DNA from: a virus
Length of the DNA stretch: 64,000 bases
IMG/VR virus record: IMGVR_UViG_3300037961_004224
Location: 1 to 64,000 of that record
Direction: 5' to 3' (one strand)
Below are positions 36,906-47,001 of the stretch, piece after piece. The notes beneath the pieces were generated by a model. It did no database searches. It was given only the letters and a program-made list of their open reading frames with translations, and had not been told where the DNA came from. How positions within the stretch are numbered: position 1 is the stretch's first letter; each line of letters starts with the position of its first letter. The translations under genes were made by a program, and so were the position numbers.

Positions 36906-37744
36906 TGAAAGATATTGATATAAGAATGTGGTTGGGGATTATACTTCTTCTTGTAGGGTTATTCTACAAAGGTGGTTTCCCAATAAATATTCCAGTTGTA
37001 AAGCCTAAATTACCTGCACCAGAACAATCAATTATTGATTTAGTTGATACCCTTCCGAATATAGGCGATCCTGTTGACGCAAATAAACTTGCGGGTACTT
37101 TTTACGCTATGTCGCAAAAAATTCCAGAAATGGAAATTAATTCCAACCTACAGGTTCAATATTTTTTGGATTATGTTGGTACAAATACCATAAAAGATGA
37201 ATTATTTCAAGATGGTGAAAAAAAATATCCAGATTTTTCTCCTGCTGCTGCAAATTTGATAGAAAAAACTATTGGTCCTCAAACAGAAACTGAGGCTCTT
37301 ACAGATGAAGAAAAACAAAATTTGTCAAAGTTGTTGTACGGATTTGCTTGGAAAATGTATGATAAAAATCAAGATAATGTATTTGAATCTTATAAATCTA
37401 AAGCTCTTTCCTCAATCGCAGAGTATAATAAAGAAGACGAAACACCTGATCCAGAACCAGACACAGACTGTCCGTGTGAAGGTAAAGGTTATATAATACA
37501 TGGAGATGGTCATCGCACAGATTGTCCATGTATAGAGTCTGGAAAAAAGTGTGAATGTAATCCAAAATGTGGTAGCGTAAAGGCTTCAGACGAGATACAG
37601 TGCCAATGTGTTTCAAAAGAAAGAAAAACCAAATGTGGTTGCGTTAAAGCATATGGAAAATGTTCCTGTCCTAAGTCATCATCAGAAAATGTGAAAAATA
37701 AATGCTCTTTTGTTAGAGGTATATTTGGATGGAGAAAAATATGA
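36905..37744 (+). CDS. membrane-anchored protein with Cys-rich C-terminus
   Basis: N-terminal TM helix; CPCEGKG...HGDGHRTDCPC and multiple CxC repeats. Confidence 0.65.
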   Translation: MKDIDIRMWLGIILLLVGLFYKGGFPINIPVVKPKLPAPEQSIIDLVDTLPNIGDPVDANKLAGTFYAMSQKIPEMEINSNLQVQYFLDYVGTNTIKDELFQDGEKKYPDFSPAAANLIEKTIGPQTETEALTDEEKQNLSKLLYGFAWKMYDKNQDNVFESYKSKALSSIAEYNKEDETPDPEPDTDCPCEGKGYIIHGDGHRTDCPCIESGKKCECNPKCGSVKASDEIQCQCVSKERKTKCGCVKAYGKCSCPKSSSENVKNKCSFVRGIFGWRKI

Positions 37745-38097
37745 AACTAGAAGAATATGTTTCGCAGTTAGCGTGGATGGTTCATAATGATGTAAAGATT
37801 AAAGCGAGAAAAGATGAATATAAAATTGATCCACTAACGGTCATCACTATCATAAGTCTTATCTTGGAAGTAGTAAAATGGTTCATCAAAAATTATGGTG
37901 ACAACCCTGAAAAATTAGCTGAATCATTTGGGAATATGAATTTAGTCCAGAAATGGATAGTCTGGAGATGTATAAGAAGGGAGTCTGACGATAGACAAGA
38001 GGCTCGTTATATTTATGATTCTTTGGTAAAACTATCAGAGAAAATGTCTCTAGAAGACCGTGTTAAACTTTTTACCCTAAAGGAGAGTGAACTATGA
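37741..38097 (+). CDS. hypothetical protein
   Basis: DPLTVITIISLILEVVKW hydrophobic segment. Confidence 0.6.
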   Translation: MKLEEYVSQLAWMVHNDVKIKARKDEYKIDPLTVITIISLILEVVKWFIKNYGDNPEKLAESFGNMNLVQKWIVWRCIRRESDDRQEARYIYDSLVKLSEKMSLEDRVKLFTLKESEL

Positions 38098-38270
38098 ACA
38101 AAGTTACTTCACTTTTGAAATCCAGACGTTTCTGGGTAGCCGCTGCTGGCCTTGCCGCTGTGTGCTCTCAAGAAGCATTTGGTGTGGAGCTTGATACCGA
38201 TCAACTTGTTGCTGTCGCAACAATTGTAGTTGCTTGGATTGTCGGTGACACTGTACGCGAAACTAAGTAA
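38094..38270 (+). CDS. holin-like small two-TM protein (58 aa, not in track)
   Basis: MNKVTSLLKSRRFWVAAAGLAAV...LVAVATIVVAWIVGDTVRETK; AGGAG RBS; SR[RK]FW start resembles small phage holins. Confidence 0.6.
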   Translation: MNKVTSLLKSRRFWVAAAGLAAVCSQEAFGVELDTDQLVAVATIVVAWIVGDTVRETK

Positions 38271-38292
38271 TTATTGATCAAGGAGAAACGAT

Positions 38293-38610
38293 ATGGAAAC
38301 AGTATTGAGTTTCTTTAGAGGGCTTGATGCTTTTCAATGGGTTTTGATAGTTGCGGGTCTTGTTCTTTTGTGGCCAAACATTCAAGAACGACTTGTTAAA
38401 TTGTTTACGAAAACAGAAAATGAAACAGAAGATGTTGAAGTTCCTGTTATCGACAATGAGACAATTAAAAAAGACGACCTTACATCTTTAGTTTATAAAT
38501 GGGAAGTTCTATATGAATCTTGCCGTCAGCATGATCTTAACGATGCTTGCAATAAATTAAAAGAAGTGTTTCCAATGCTAATCAAGCCTTACGAAAAATA
38601 TGATGCTTGA
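38293..38610 (+). CDS. membrane-anchored hypothetical protein
   Basis: AGGAG RBS; TM helix at residues 14-27. Confidence 0.65.
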   Translation: METVLSFFRGLDAFQWVLIVAGLVLLWPNIQERLVKLFTKTENETEDVEVPVIDNETIKKDDLTSLVYKWEVLYESCRQHDLNDACNKLKEVFPMLIKPYEKYDA

Positions 38611-38707
38611 TCAATTTTACACATAGAATGAGCTATCATGATATCTTTATGGTGTCGTGAATAGCTCTTTTTTTATTTATAACTCAAAAAATAAAATTAA
38701 ATGCAAA

Positions 38708-39241
38708 ATGAATCACAAGCCATGTTTAATATTAAACCAAGACTACACACCACTGACTATAATAAACTGGAAAAGATCAATATGCTTAGAAATAATAGGA
38801 AATGAAATGCCCGGAGAGGGTGTCATTGTTTTAGAACATTACGAAGATGATTTCGTAAAGTCTAGCGGTGGTATTAAATATTTTATACCTGCGGTGGCAG
38901 TAACATCAAGGTATATCAAAAGACAAAGGAACATTAAATTAAAAAAAACAAATTTATTAATAAGAGACAATTCAACATGTCAGTATTGCAATTTAAAACT
39001 TTCTGCAAAAAATACAACGATAGACCATGTAAAGCCTAAAAGTCACTTTCAAACAAAAGAAGATGCTCACACTTGGGATAATGTAGTCATAGCTTGCTCC
39101 AGATGCAATACAAAGAAGGCAAATAAAACATTAGAACAATCAGGCATGAAATTATTAAAACAGCCTAGAAAGCCAAACCCGAATAACTTTTTTTCATTCT
39201 TAAACTTTCCTATTCCAGAAGAATGGAGCATTTATGTTTGA
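38708..39241 (+). CDS. HNH endonuclease (McrA-like)
   Basis: LILNQDYTPL, RDNSTCQYC, TIDHVKP, NVVIACSRCNTKK. Confidence 0.88.
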   Translation: MNHKPCLILNQDYTPLTIINWKRSICLEIIGNEMPGEGVIVLEHYEDDFVKSSGGIKYFIPAVAVTSRYIKRQRNIKLKKTNLLIRDNSTCQYCNLKLSAKNTTIDHVKPKSHFQTKEDAHTWDNVVIACSRCNTKKANKTLEQSGMKLLKQPRKPNPNNFFSFLNFPIPEEWSIYV

Positions 39242-39446
39242 GACTAGACGTTGTGATAATTGTAAACGTATGCTAGAGCATGGCCAAAAAGTGACAGTGA
39301 TTATACCCGATGTGGAATTAGAAGGAAGATATATAAAAAATCGTGAAGGATTTAATTTAAAACTATCCAACGATGGTGTTGAAATTAGAACCTCTAAGGT
39401 ATATTGTAAGGAATGTTTAGACATTAAAAAACATTTCCCGGAATAA
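39234..39446 (+). CDS. small Zn-binding protein
   Basis: CDNC...YCKEC. Confidence 0.55.
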   Translation: MFETRRCDNCKRMLEHGQKVTVIIPDVELEGRYIKNREGFNLKLSNDGVEIRTSKVYCKECLDIKKHFPE

Positions 39447-39518
39447 AAGTGGAAATTTAATAACAAACGTCATATAAAATAAAAATATTAGTGTAAACAA
39501 GGATATTAAGGAGTAAAA

Positions 39519-39899
39519 ATGCCAGAATATAGTTTTAATTGTTCAGAATGCGATTTAGCTTTTTCTGAGGTTTGGTCAATATCAGAGTATGATTGTAAAA
39601 TAAACAAAGTGATTTGTCCAGAATGCCAAAGCAGCAATGTTTTTAGAGACTTTGCAGAAGATAGAGTGGTTTCAAATTATGTTAAAGGTCTTCATGAAGC
39701 GTCAACGCTTGGAGAATACGCCGATAAACAAGTTAAAAAATTAGGCAAGTCTAAGGTTGAGCAAATGAGAAGAGACCAAAAAACTAAAAAGAATAAAACA
39801 CTTGAGAGCAAGCTTCCGAGTGGCATGAGCAAAACTTCTTATGAAAATACTGCAAGAATTTCAAAATCAGAAATGTTAAAAAGAAGGAATGGTAAATGA
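39519..39899 (+). CDS. FmdB-like zinc-ribbon protein
   Basis: MPEYSFNCSEC...CPECQS. Confidence 0.7.
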   Translation: MPEYSFNCSECDLAFSEVWSISEYDCKINKVICPECQSSNVFRDFAEDRVVSNYVKGLHEASTLGEYADKQVKKLGKSKVEQMRRDQKTKKNKTLESKLPSGMSKTSYENTARISKSEMLKRRNGK

Positions 39900-40291
39900 C
39901 AACTTTTAAAATCAACAAAGAGCGTGAAGATGATGTTCTTCCCGATGCAGAAGTGTACACCTTTTCAGGTGAGCATGATATGATTAACGGTGAGGGGTAT
40001 CCTGTCTTAGATTTGTCGTATGAAGATGATATATTTCAAGACCCAGATGCATACGCAGTCAAAATAACAAAAGGTCAAAAAATAAATTACTATGTAAAAA
40101 GAGGAAAGTATGGTAAGCTTTTCAATCCAATTGGAATGTATTCTGAAGGCAGGAAGAGACAACAAATGCGTCACGCAGGAAGACCAGAATGGAGACTTGA
40201 GCATACGACAGAAAAAATATTTAACTACTACATCAATTTTCTAAAAACTAAAAATTTGGCATGGCTAAACAATGCAGAGAGGGAAGTATAA
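39896..40291 (+). CDS. hypothetical protein
   Basis: ORF track; coupled start/stop. Confidence 0.6.
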   Translation: MTTFKINKEREDDVLPDAEVYTFSGEHDMINGEGYPVLDLSYEDDIFQDPDAYAVKITKGQKINYYVKRGKYGKLFNPIGMYSEGRKRQQMRHAGRPEWRLEHTTEKIFNYYINFLKTKNLAWLNNAEREV

Positions 40292-40635
40292 TGAGCAAAG
40301 GAAAAGTAACAGAACAAGAAGCTTGGGTTATGAAGGGTATGTACAGCGATGGTATTTCAATTAAAGAAATATCTAAAAGGCTTTCACGTTCACAGTCTAC
40401 AGTAGAAAAATATTTAGACATAAAAGAACAAGAGCAAGAAGAGCCAGTAAAAGAACATAACAAAAATGATACAACTATGTTTGTTCGCAGTTCAGCAGCA
40501 AAAAATAATAACGGTGTTACTATAATGACCGATGCAGAATCTTCAAGATCAGATTTTATGAGAGGCAAAAGACCGAGTACAATTGGCAATAAGCTTCAAA
40601 GCAATATTCATAAAATCTCGGAAGAAGATGGCTAA
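40291..40635 (+). CDS. helix-turn-helix protein
   Basis: GISIKEISKRLSRSQSTVEKYL. Confidence 0.7.
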   Translation: MSKGKVTEQEAWVMKGMYSDGISIKEISKRLSRSQSTVEKYLDIKEQEQEEPVKEHNKNDTTMFVRSSAAKNNNGVTIMTDAESSRSDFMRGKRPSTIGNKLQSNIHKISEEDG

Positions 40636-41062
40636 AAAAAGAACTGAAAAAAGTAAATACCCATCACGTTACTCTCCTAACGGGTGGGTACATGCTGCTC
40701 AATATATCACAGAACTGATCTGTGAGAAGAAAGCACAAATTGATAAAAAAGAACTCCCACTAAAATTTTGGGAGCTAAAAGAGTGGCTAAAATTCTATAG
40801 ATATCAAATCACATTGGCCAACAAACTCATAAAAGAGTATGGAGAACATGTGATAATATCTGCTTTAAGAGACAAGAGAATGTGGAAGACATATTCTTTA
40901 AGAAGTCCTTTTTTAAAAAATGTAATCGAAGAGTATAAAAATAAACAGGAATTGGCTATGAAAATAGCTAAAGAAGTTGAATATGATTTCTCAGAGAAGA
41001 AAACATTTGAATCTAGTAACAAGAAAAAATCAATCATATCAAAACTTAGGGATTTAGAATGA
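40628..41062 (+). CDS. hypothetical protein
   Basis: ORF track. Confidence 0.6.
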   Translation: MAKKRTEKSKYPSRYSPNGWVHAAQYITELICEKKAQIDKKELPLKFWELKEWLKFYRYQITLANKLIKEYGEHVIISALRDKRMWKTYSLRSPFLKNVIEEYKNKQELAMKIAKEVEYDFSEKKTFESSNKKKSIISKLRDLE

Positions 41063-42051
41063 GTGAAAAAGATATACTAAAAGAATATGGCCAAGTTTTA
41101 CTGGAAGCGTCTTACATTGTAGATAATCCACCTCCTGTAATATCTGTAACGCCAAAAATAGATATTGCTTTAGGTGGTGGCGTACCAGAGGGTTGCCTGT
41201 TTATTATGACAGGTCCAGAAAAAATCGGAAAAACGGTACATGCATTACAATTTTGTAAAAACGCTCAACAAGTAAAACTAGAAAACGACGAGAATAGAAA
41301 AGTATATTATGGAAACATTGAAGGAAGATTAAAGAAAAGAGATCTTGAAGGAATTAGGGGTCTTGATTTTTCTGAAGACATGCTGAAAATAGTGGGTTCT
41401 ACAAAAGGCAATATATTGTCTGGTGAAAAGTATCTGGCTATATTTGACAATATTATTCACAATGAACCACATGCTGTTTGTGTGATTGATTCATTCTCTG
41501 CATTAGCTGCTGAATCAGAACTTGTGGGCGATATTACAGACCACCAAGTAGCTGCTATGAACCGCTACCTTAGTAAATTTACAAGGCGTTTTGCAAACGT
41601 ACTTCCAATTAACAGGGTAACATTGGTTGGCATAACACACTTGATGGCAAACATTCAAAAGTTTGGAGCAGGAAAAAGTAAAATAGAAAAGTCTGGCAAC
41701 GCACTTAAATATGCACAAGATGTAAAGCTATGGGCTACTCATAAAGAACCTTTGAAACAGGGTGAAACTCAAATAGGACAAAAGGTTCACTGGATTGTGG
41801 AAAATTCTGCGATTGGTGCTCCGGGCCAAAAGGTTACGAGTATAATTAAATACGGTCATGGCATATGGAACGAATATGAACTAGCTGAATTAGCAAAAGA
41901 CTTTGGAATTGTAGAAGGAAAAACTTGGATGACATTACCAAATGGTGAAAAAGTTCAAGGCATGTCAAACTTTGCTACTTACTTAGAAGAAAATCAAACT
42001 TACTATGAAGAACTTAGGCAGCAAGTTTTTGAAATGATAGGCATGGTATGA
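41059..42051 (+). CDS. recA: RecA/UvsX-like recombinase
   Basis: DIALGGGVP, GPEKIGKT Walker A, VIDSFSAL, SGNALKYA. Confidence 0.85.
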   Translation: MSEKDILKEYGQVLLEASYIVDNPPPVISVTPKIDIALGGGVPEGCLFIMTGPEKIGKTVHALQFCKNAQQVKLENDENRKVYYGNIEGRLKKRDLEGIRGLDFSEDMLKIVGSTKGNILSGEKYLAIFDNIIHNEPHAVCVIDSFSALAAESELVGDITDHQVAAMNRYLSKFTRRFANVLPINRVTLVGITHLMANIQKFGAGKSKIEKSGNALKYAQDVKLWATHKEPLKQGETQIGQKVHWIVENSAIGAPGQKVTSIIKYGHGIWNEYELAELAKDFGIVEGKTWMTLPNGEKVQGMSNFATYLEENQTYYEELRQQVFEMIGMV

Positions 42052-42458
42052 AAATAAAAGATTTGTATGGCAATATTTCTTCTTGGAAAATAAGTGGAGA
42101 TATAGTTACTGCCAAAGATAATCGTTCTAGATCTAAGCTTCATACTCAAGCCAGAAAGATTTTATATGAGCTATTTCCAACTATGCAAATTCTGGAAGAA
42201 GTTTCAATTAAACCAAGAGGCTCTAAAACTCAGTATCTAGATTTTTATATTAATCAAATTAAATTAGCAGTAGAAGTTCATGGCCAACAGCATTATAAAT
42301 TTAATACTATGTTTCATGCATCTGCACAAGACTTTTTGAATCAAAGAAAAAATGATGCTGATAAAAAAGACTGGTGTGATTTAAATAATATAACATATGT
42401 CGAGCTTGCTTACAATGAAAAGGCAGAGGAATGGAAAAAGAAAATTCAGGACCGCTAG
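42048..42458 (+). CDS. DUF559/Vsr-like endonuclease
   Basis: YLDFYI..IKLAVEVHGQQHY...D..K..WC. Confidence 0.7.
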   Translation: MKIKDLYGNISSWKISGDIVTAKDNRSRSKLHTQARKILYELFPTMQILEEVSIKPRGSKTQYLDFYINQIKLAVEVHGQQHYKFNTMFHASAQDFLNQRKNDADKKDWCDLNNITYVELAYNEKAEEWKKKIQDR

Positions 42459-42919
42459 ACCAAATGAAAATTTTGGACAGTGCTTTAGATGAATACGAGA
42501 GTAAGATTGGATTGCCGCTGTTTGCAGAAAATTCTACTGATGAAAGTGAAGTTCAAAAATACTTATCAATGTCTAGAGAACAAATGGAAAGATTAAGTCT
42601 TGAAGATTGTGCTCAAGCAGCAATTTTGCTTGGTTCTTTTTCTTTTCATATCCAAAGATGCCATAATAGAGAATCTGCTAGAGTTAAATGGGCTGACAAT
42701 AGATTAAAGGCTTTGGTGTCTGGCAAAGAACAACAATATAGAGGCTCTTGGGATAGTCAGTTTAATCAAGCTGTAAAGGATGATGATTTTGCAAGAGGAT
42801 TACTTAAACTTAAAAACTATGCACAACAACGTGCTGATAGACTAACATACTTATCAACATCTGTAAAAAATATTAGCGACTTGTTCGTTAATCTACAAAG
42901 AGCAAAGGTAATGAAATGA
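42431..42919 (+). CDS. helical protein, possibly UvsY-like recombination mediator
   Basis: Long helical composition and position between recA and helicase (inference). Confidence 0.35.
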   Translation: MEKENSGPLDQMKILDSALDEYESKIGLPLFAENSTDESEVQKYLSMSREQMERLSLEDCAQAAILLGSFSFHIQRCHNRESARVKWADNRLKALVSGKEQQYRGSWDSQFNQAVKDDDFARGLLKLKNYAQQRADRLTYLSTSVKNISDLFVNLQRAKVMK

Positions 42920-43443
42920 GTAAAAAAGCATTGATAAAAAAGCTATTAGAAAAGCTAAGTGAAGAAGATCTAGCTGAACTTTTAGGAGATGATGAAGAAA
43001 ATTCAGAAGAAGAAGTACAGCAAGAAAAAGAAGATGTAGTAGAAGAACCTTCTCATATTCATACAACACAAAATAATAATCCTAGCAGTAGGAATAAAAA
43101 TTTAGGTAAGAAGTCTGGAAAAAAATCTAAAAGAAGACATAGCTCAAAAGGTAAGGCTTGCAGAGTTTTACCTATGAATATTGATAATCAAAGACCAAAT
43201 AAATTTGAAGACATGATTTCTAAAGTGGGGCTAGATCCAAGCGAACAAAGAGAGCTTGCCTCTGCGTCACAAATGGATGAAAATGCTAGAACAAATAAGA
43301 CATCATTCAAAAAAACATCAAGAGGTTCTACGCTAGTTGATGTAGAGTGTTCTGTTTGTGGTCAAGAAGAAACAATTTCTGCATCTTTAGTGGCAGATTT
43401 TAATCGTTGGAAATGTAACTCTTGTTGTTGTCAGGCTGGTTAA
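42916..43443 (+). CDS. hypothetical protein with C-terminal Zn ribbon
   Basis: CSVCG...WKCNSC. Confidence 0.55.
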   Translation: MSKKALIKKLLEKLSEEDLAELLGDDEENSEEEVQQEKEDVVEEPSHIHTTQNNNPSSRNKNLGKKSGKKSKRRHSSKGKACRVLPMNIDNQRPNKFEDMISKVGLDPSEQRELASASQMDENARTNKTSFKKTSRGSTLVDVECSVCGQEETISASLVADFNRWKCNSCCCQAG

Positions 43444-43444
43444 A

Positions 43445-44905
43445 ATGATATTATCTGATCCCGCTTCCGAAAGAGCAGTGCTTGCTGGTATTTGCAGACA
43501 TGGCTCTGAAGCATATTTTGATGTTGCTGATATTGTAGATGCAAATACTTTTACTGTTGAGTCTAATTCTATAATCTTTGCTTGTGTAAAAAGAATATTT
43601 GATAAAGATGACTCAATAAAAATTGATGTCCCCTCAATACTATCTTCTGCAAAAGAGATAGGGCTGGCTGATTTTTTTAATAATAAAAATGAAATATCTC
43701 ATTTAAATGCTGTGATGAAATTTCCAGTATTGTTTGAAAATGTAAGGAGGTTCGCAGCTAAAGCTAGAAAGCTTCAAATAGCAAGGATGATGTATGACCA
43801 GCTAGAGGAAACCAAAGAAAAATATTTGGACATAAAGGGAGACGAGTCAGTATCTCATATATTGGGATTAGCTGAAGAATCAATATTTGATTTTACATCG
43901 CTTCTAAATGATCATGATGATGCACCAGAGTTATTGTTTGGAGATCTTGATGAATATTTAGAAGATAGGGCAGAAAATCAAGTTGATCAAATTGGTATTG
44001 CTACCGGATTTACTAAATATGATTTTGCAATCGGTGGTGGTTTAAGAAAAGGAACTGTGAATGTCATTGGGGCTAGAACCAAGGTTGGTAAAAGCTTGAT
44101 TGGTCTAAATATGGGGGCGGATATAGCCAATCGTGACGTTCCAGTTCTTTATCTTGACACTGAGATGACCAAAAAAGATCAGCAGAATCGTGGCGGCTCT
44201 ATGATATCCTATGGAACTAATGGAAAGTCAACGATCAATGATATTGAAACTGGAAAGTTTGCAGATAATGACTACAGGAAAAACTCATTGATGGAGCTTG
44301 CACAAAATAAAAAGAACATACCCTTCTATCATAAGAATATTGGAGGCAAAGCTTTTGAAGATCAACTATCAATCATGCGTAGATGGATAGCGAAAGTAGT
44401 TGGTTTAAATGACCAAGGAAAAGCCAACGATTGTGTTATTATATATGATTATGTAAAGCTTATGGAAGCATCTGAGTTAGCAAAAAGCGATCTTAAAGAG
44501 TTTCAGCTTCTAGGTTTCATGATGACTGCTCTACATAATTTTGCTTTAAGATATGAGGTTCCAGTTTTAGGTTTTATACAACTTAACAGAGATGGAATTA
44601 ATAAAGAATCCACAGATGCCGCAAGTGGTTCTGATAGAATCATGTGGTTGTGTTCAAACTTTACTATCTACAAACAAAAATCTGATGAGGAAATAGCAAA
44701 AGATGGTCCAGAAAATGGAAATCGCAAGTTAGTTCCAATCATTGCAAGGCATGGCGAAGGTCTTGAAGATGGTGACTATATTAATGTACTTATGAAGGGT
44801 GCATACGCTAAATTAATAGAGGGCATGACCGCTTATGAACTTGAGGATGGCGGTTCTTACACTGAGGATAATGATGAATACCAAGAAGAAGACGTGGCAT
44901 TCTAA
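43445..44905 (+). CDS. dnaB: replicative DNA helicase
   Basis: SERAVLAG, GARTKVGKS, LYLDTEM, IIYDYVKL, QLNR, GSDRI. Confidence 0.92.
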   Translation: MILSDPASERAVLAGICRHGSEAYFDVADIVDANTFTVESNSIIFACVKRIFDKDDSIKIDVPSILSSAKEIGLADFFNNKNEISHLNAVMKFPVLFENVRRFAAKARKLQIARMMYDQLEETKEKYLDIKGDESVSHILGLAEESIFDFTSLLNDHDDAPELLFGDLDEYLEDRAENQVDQIGIATGFTKYDFAIGGGLRKGTVNVIGARTKVGKSLIGLNMGADIANRDVPVLYLDTEMTKKDQQNRGGSMISYGTNGKSTINDIETGKFADNDYRKNSLMELAQNKKNIPFYHKNIGGKAFEDQLSIMRRWIAKVVGLNDQGKANDCVIIYDYVKLMEASELAKSDLKEFQLLGFMMTALHNFALRYEVPVLGFIQLNRDGINKESTDAASGSDRIMWLCSNFTIYKQKSDEEIAKDGPENGNRKLVPIIARHGEGLEDGDYINVLMKGAYAKLIEGMTAYELEDGGSYTEDNDEYQEEDVAF

Positions 44906-46025
44906 ATACAAGGATCAAGAAAAGCTAAATCAGCTTACTGAAATTGTTTTAGAAAATATAGAAGATATCTATGAATACTTTGATGTGCAATCACACAGAG
45001 GGCAAAAGGTATACTTTTCTGAATGCTTTATACACGGTGGAGATAACCGTTCTGCACTAAATTTATACTATGATGCAGACTATAGGGTGCATTATAAATG
45101 TAGAACTCATGGGTGTGAAGCACATTTTGGCACATCTTTATTAAGTATGATAAGGGGCGGTCTATCAAATATAAAATATGGATGGTCTGTTCCGGGAGAT
45201 AAAACTGTTAGCTTTGATGAAACAGTTGAATTTCTTCTTGATCGTTATAATCTAGACTTCAATGGCTTAAAAGGTCAAAAAATTGATGCCGGGAATCATG
45301 AGTTCAGTAAACTAGTCAACGGTCTTTCTGGCGATAAGGTACGTGGCGATATAACAAAAGATTTCTATAGAAGTAAGGTTGAAATACCTTCTCAATACTA
45401 TCTGCAAAGAGGGTACAGCATTGAGGTTTTAGACGATTATGACGTTGGAACCTGCAAAACATATGGTAAACCTATGTTCAATAGAGCAGTCGTTCCTGTA
45501 TACGATGAGGTTGGTGAAACAATAATTGGTTTTACAGGAAGAAGCATTTTTGAACAATGTCCTAAATGCAAATCTTACCATGATCCTAGTAAAGACTGTT
45601 TTTATTTTCCAAAATGGAGACATACAAAAGGCTTTCAAAAAGAAAAAGCATTGTATAATTATCATAGAGCAAAAGAACATATTATATCCACTGGAGTAAT
45701 TATATTAGTCGAATCTCCGGGAAACATTTGGCGACTAGAAGAATCAGGAATACATAATGCTGTTGGATTATTTGGAACGACACTTAATCCACCACAGAAG
45801 CAACTAATAGACGAGTCTGGTGCATTGACGGTAGTTATTATAATGGATAATGACGATCATGGTGCTGGTCAAAAGGCAGCAGAAGAAATAAAAAAACAAC
45901 TAGAGAGAACATATAGGGTTTATATAATCGACATCAAAAAGAACGATGTCGGAGAAATGAGCACTAATGAAGTAACAGATGATATATTACCTTGGATTAA
46001 TCAAGCAAAGGAAGCATATTTATGA
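44871..46025 (+). CDS. DNA primase (Zn-binding domain + TOPRIM)
   Basis: C.IHGGDN..A...Y.C.THGC, NRAVVP, IGFTGR, LVESPG, IMDNDDHG.GQ; start codon uncertain. Confidence 0.85.
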   Translation: MMNTKKKTWHSKYKDQEKLNQLTEIVLENIEDIYEYFDVQSHRGQKVYFSECFIHGGDNRSALNLYYDADYRVHYKCRTHGCEAHFGTSLLSMIRGGLSNIKYGWSVPGDKTVSFDETVEFLLDRYNLDFNGLKGQKIDAGNHEFSKLVNGLSGDKVRGDITKDFYRSKVEIPSQYYLQRGYSIEVLDDYDVGTCKTYGKPMFNRAVVPVYDEVGETIIGFTGRSIFEQCPKCKSYHDPSKDCFYFPKWRHTKGFQKEKALYNYHRAKEHIISTGVIILVESPGNIWRLEESGIHNAVGLFGTTLNPPQKQLIDESGALTVVIIMDNDDHGAGQKAAEEIKKQLERTYRVYIIDIKKNDVGEMSTNEVTDDILPWINQAKEAYL

Positions 46026-46240
46026 TTGAAAAAGCAATGGCGTATCTTAAAAACAAAGCATTGTCAGATGTATCTCAGGCTGAAATGAGCTTTGACCTCC
46101 TGCTGCACAAGTCAGTTGGAATTGGAGATCATTCAACAGGCGACTTTACTAAAAATCTAGACGAGGCATTAGATCTTTTGGTCGATGCAAACGATAGACT
46201 AAAAATGGTTGAAAGACTTTCGGAGAAATATAGAGTATGA
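46022..46240 (+). CDS. small hypothetical protein
   Basis: VGIGDHSTGD motif; coupled start/stop. Confidence 0.6.
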   Translation: MIEKAMAYLKNKALSDVSQAEMSFDLLLHKSVGIGDHSTGDFTKNLDEALDLLVDANDRLKMVERLSEKYRV

Positions 46241-47001
46241 CTCAAATAATTGGATTTGCAGGTAAAAAACAAAGCGGCAAAAATACATGCTGTAATTTTA
46301 TTACCATGCTAAAAATGATAGAAAAAAATGTTTGTGAAGCCGCAAGACTCAACGATAATGGCGAGATAGAAGTATCTGACATATTTGGCGAGCGTGTTAG
46401 TGGGCAAGAATATTTTACTTTTAAAAAACCTAAAGTAAATACAGATGTTGTAATTGAACAAATGAATTCTGTAAAGATATATGCATTAGCTGATCCACTC
46501 AAGCAGCTATGTATTGATTTTTTTGGACTTCCTGAAGCTAATGTCTATGGTACAGACAAAGATAAAAGTAAAATGACCGATATTAGATGGGAAAACATGC
46601 CATGTAAAGAACGATATTCAAATCAAAAGAAAAAGGGCAGAATGACTACTAGAGAAGTTTTGCAGCATCTTGGCACAGAAGTGTTTAGGATGATTGATAA
46701 AAACATCTGGGTCAATACATTATTGAGAAAGATAGATGAAGATAGACCTGAAATCGCCTTGATTTGTGACGTTAGATTTGATAATGAGATGAAATTATTG
46801 AAAGAAAATGGCGGCATTATACTTGGACTTAAAAGGGATAAATTCAAGTCTAAAGATAAACATGCGAGCGAACAAGTAAATCTTTCGCTATGTGATAAGG
46901 TAATTGACAATTCGAGCTTGACTATTGCAGAGCAAAACAAAGAAATATATTTTGCACTAAAAAAATTGAACTGCAAATATCTTACAGATTTAGGAGTTTA
47001 A
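46237..47001 (+). CDS. deoxynucleoside monophosphate kinase
   Basis: IGFAGKKQSGK, LADPLK, REVLQHLGTE, ICDVRFDNE. Confidence 0.85.
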   Translation: MTQIIGFAGKKQSGKNTCCNFITMLKMIEKNVCEAARLNDNGEIEVSDIFGERVSGQEYFTFKKPKVNTDVVIEQMNSVKIYALADPLKQLCIDFFGLPEANVYGTDKDKSKMTDIRWENMPCKERYSNQKKKGRMTTREVLQHLGTEVFRMIDKNIWVNTLLRKIDEDRPEIALICDVRFDNEMKLLKENGGIILGLKRDKFKSKDKHASEQVNLSLCDKVIDNSSLTIAEQNKEIYFALKKLNCKYLTDLGV

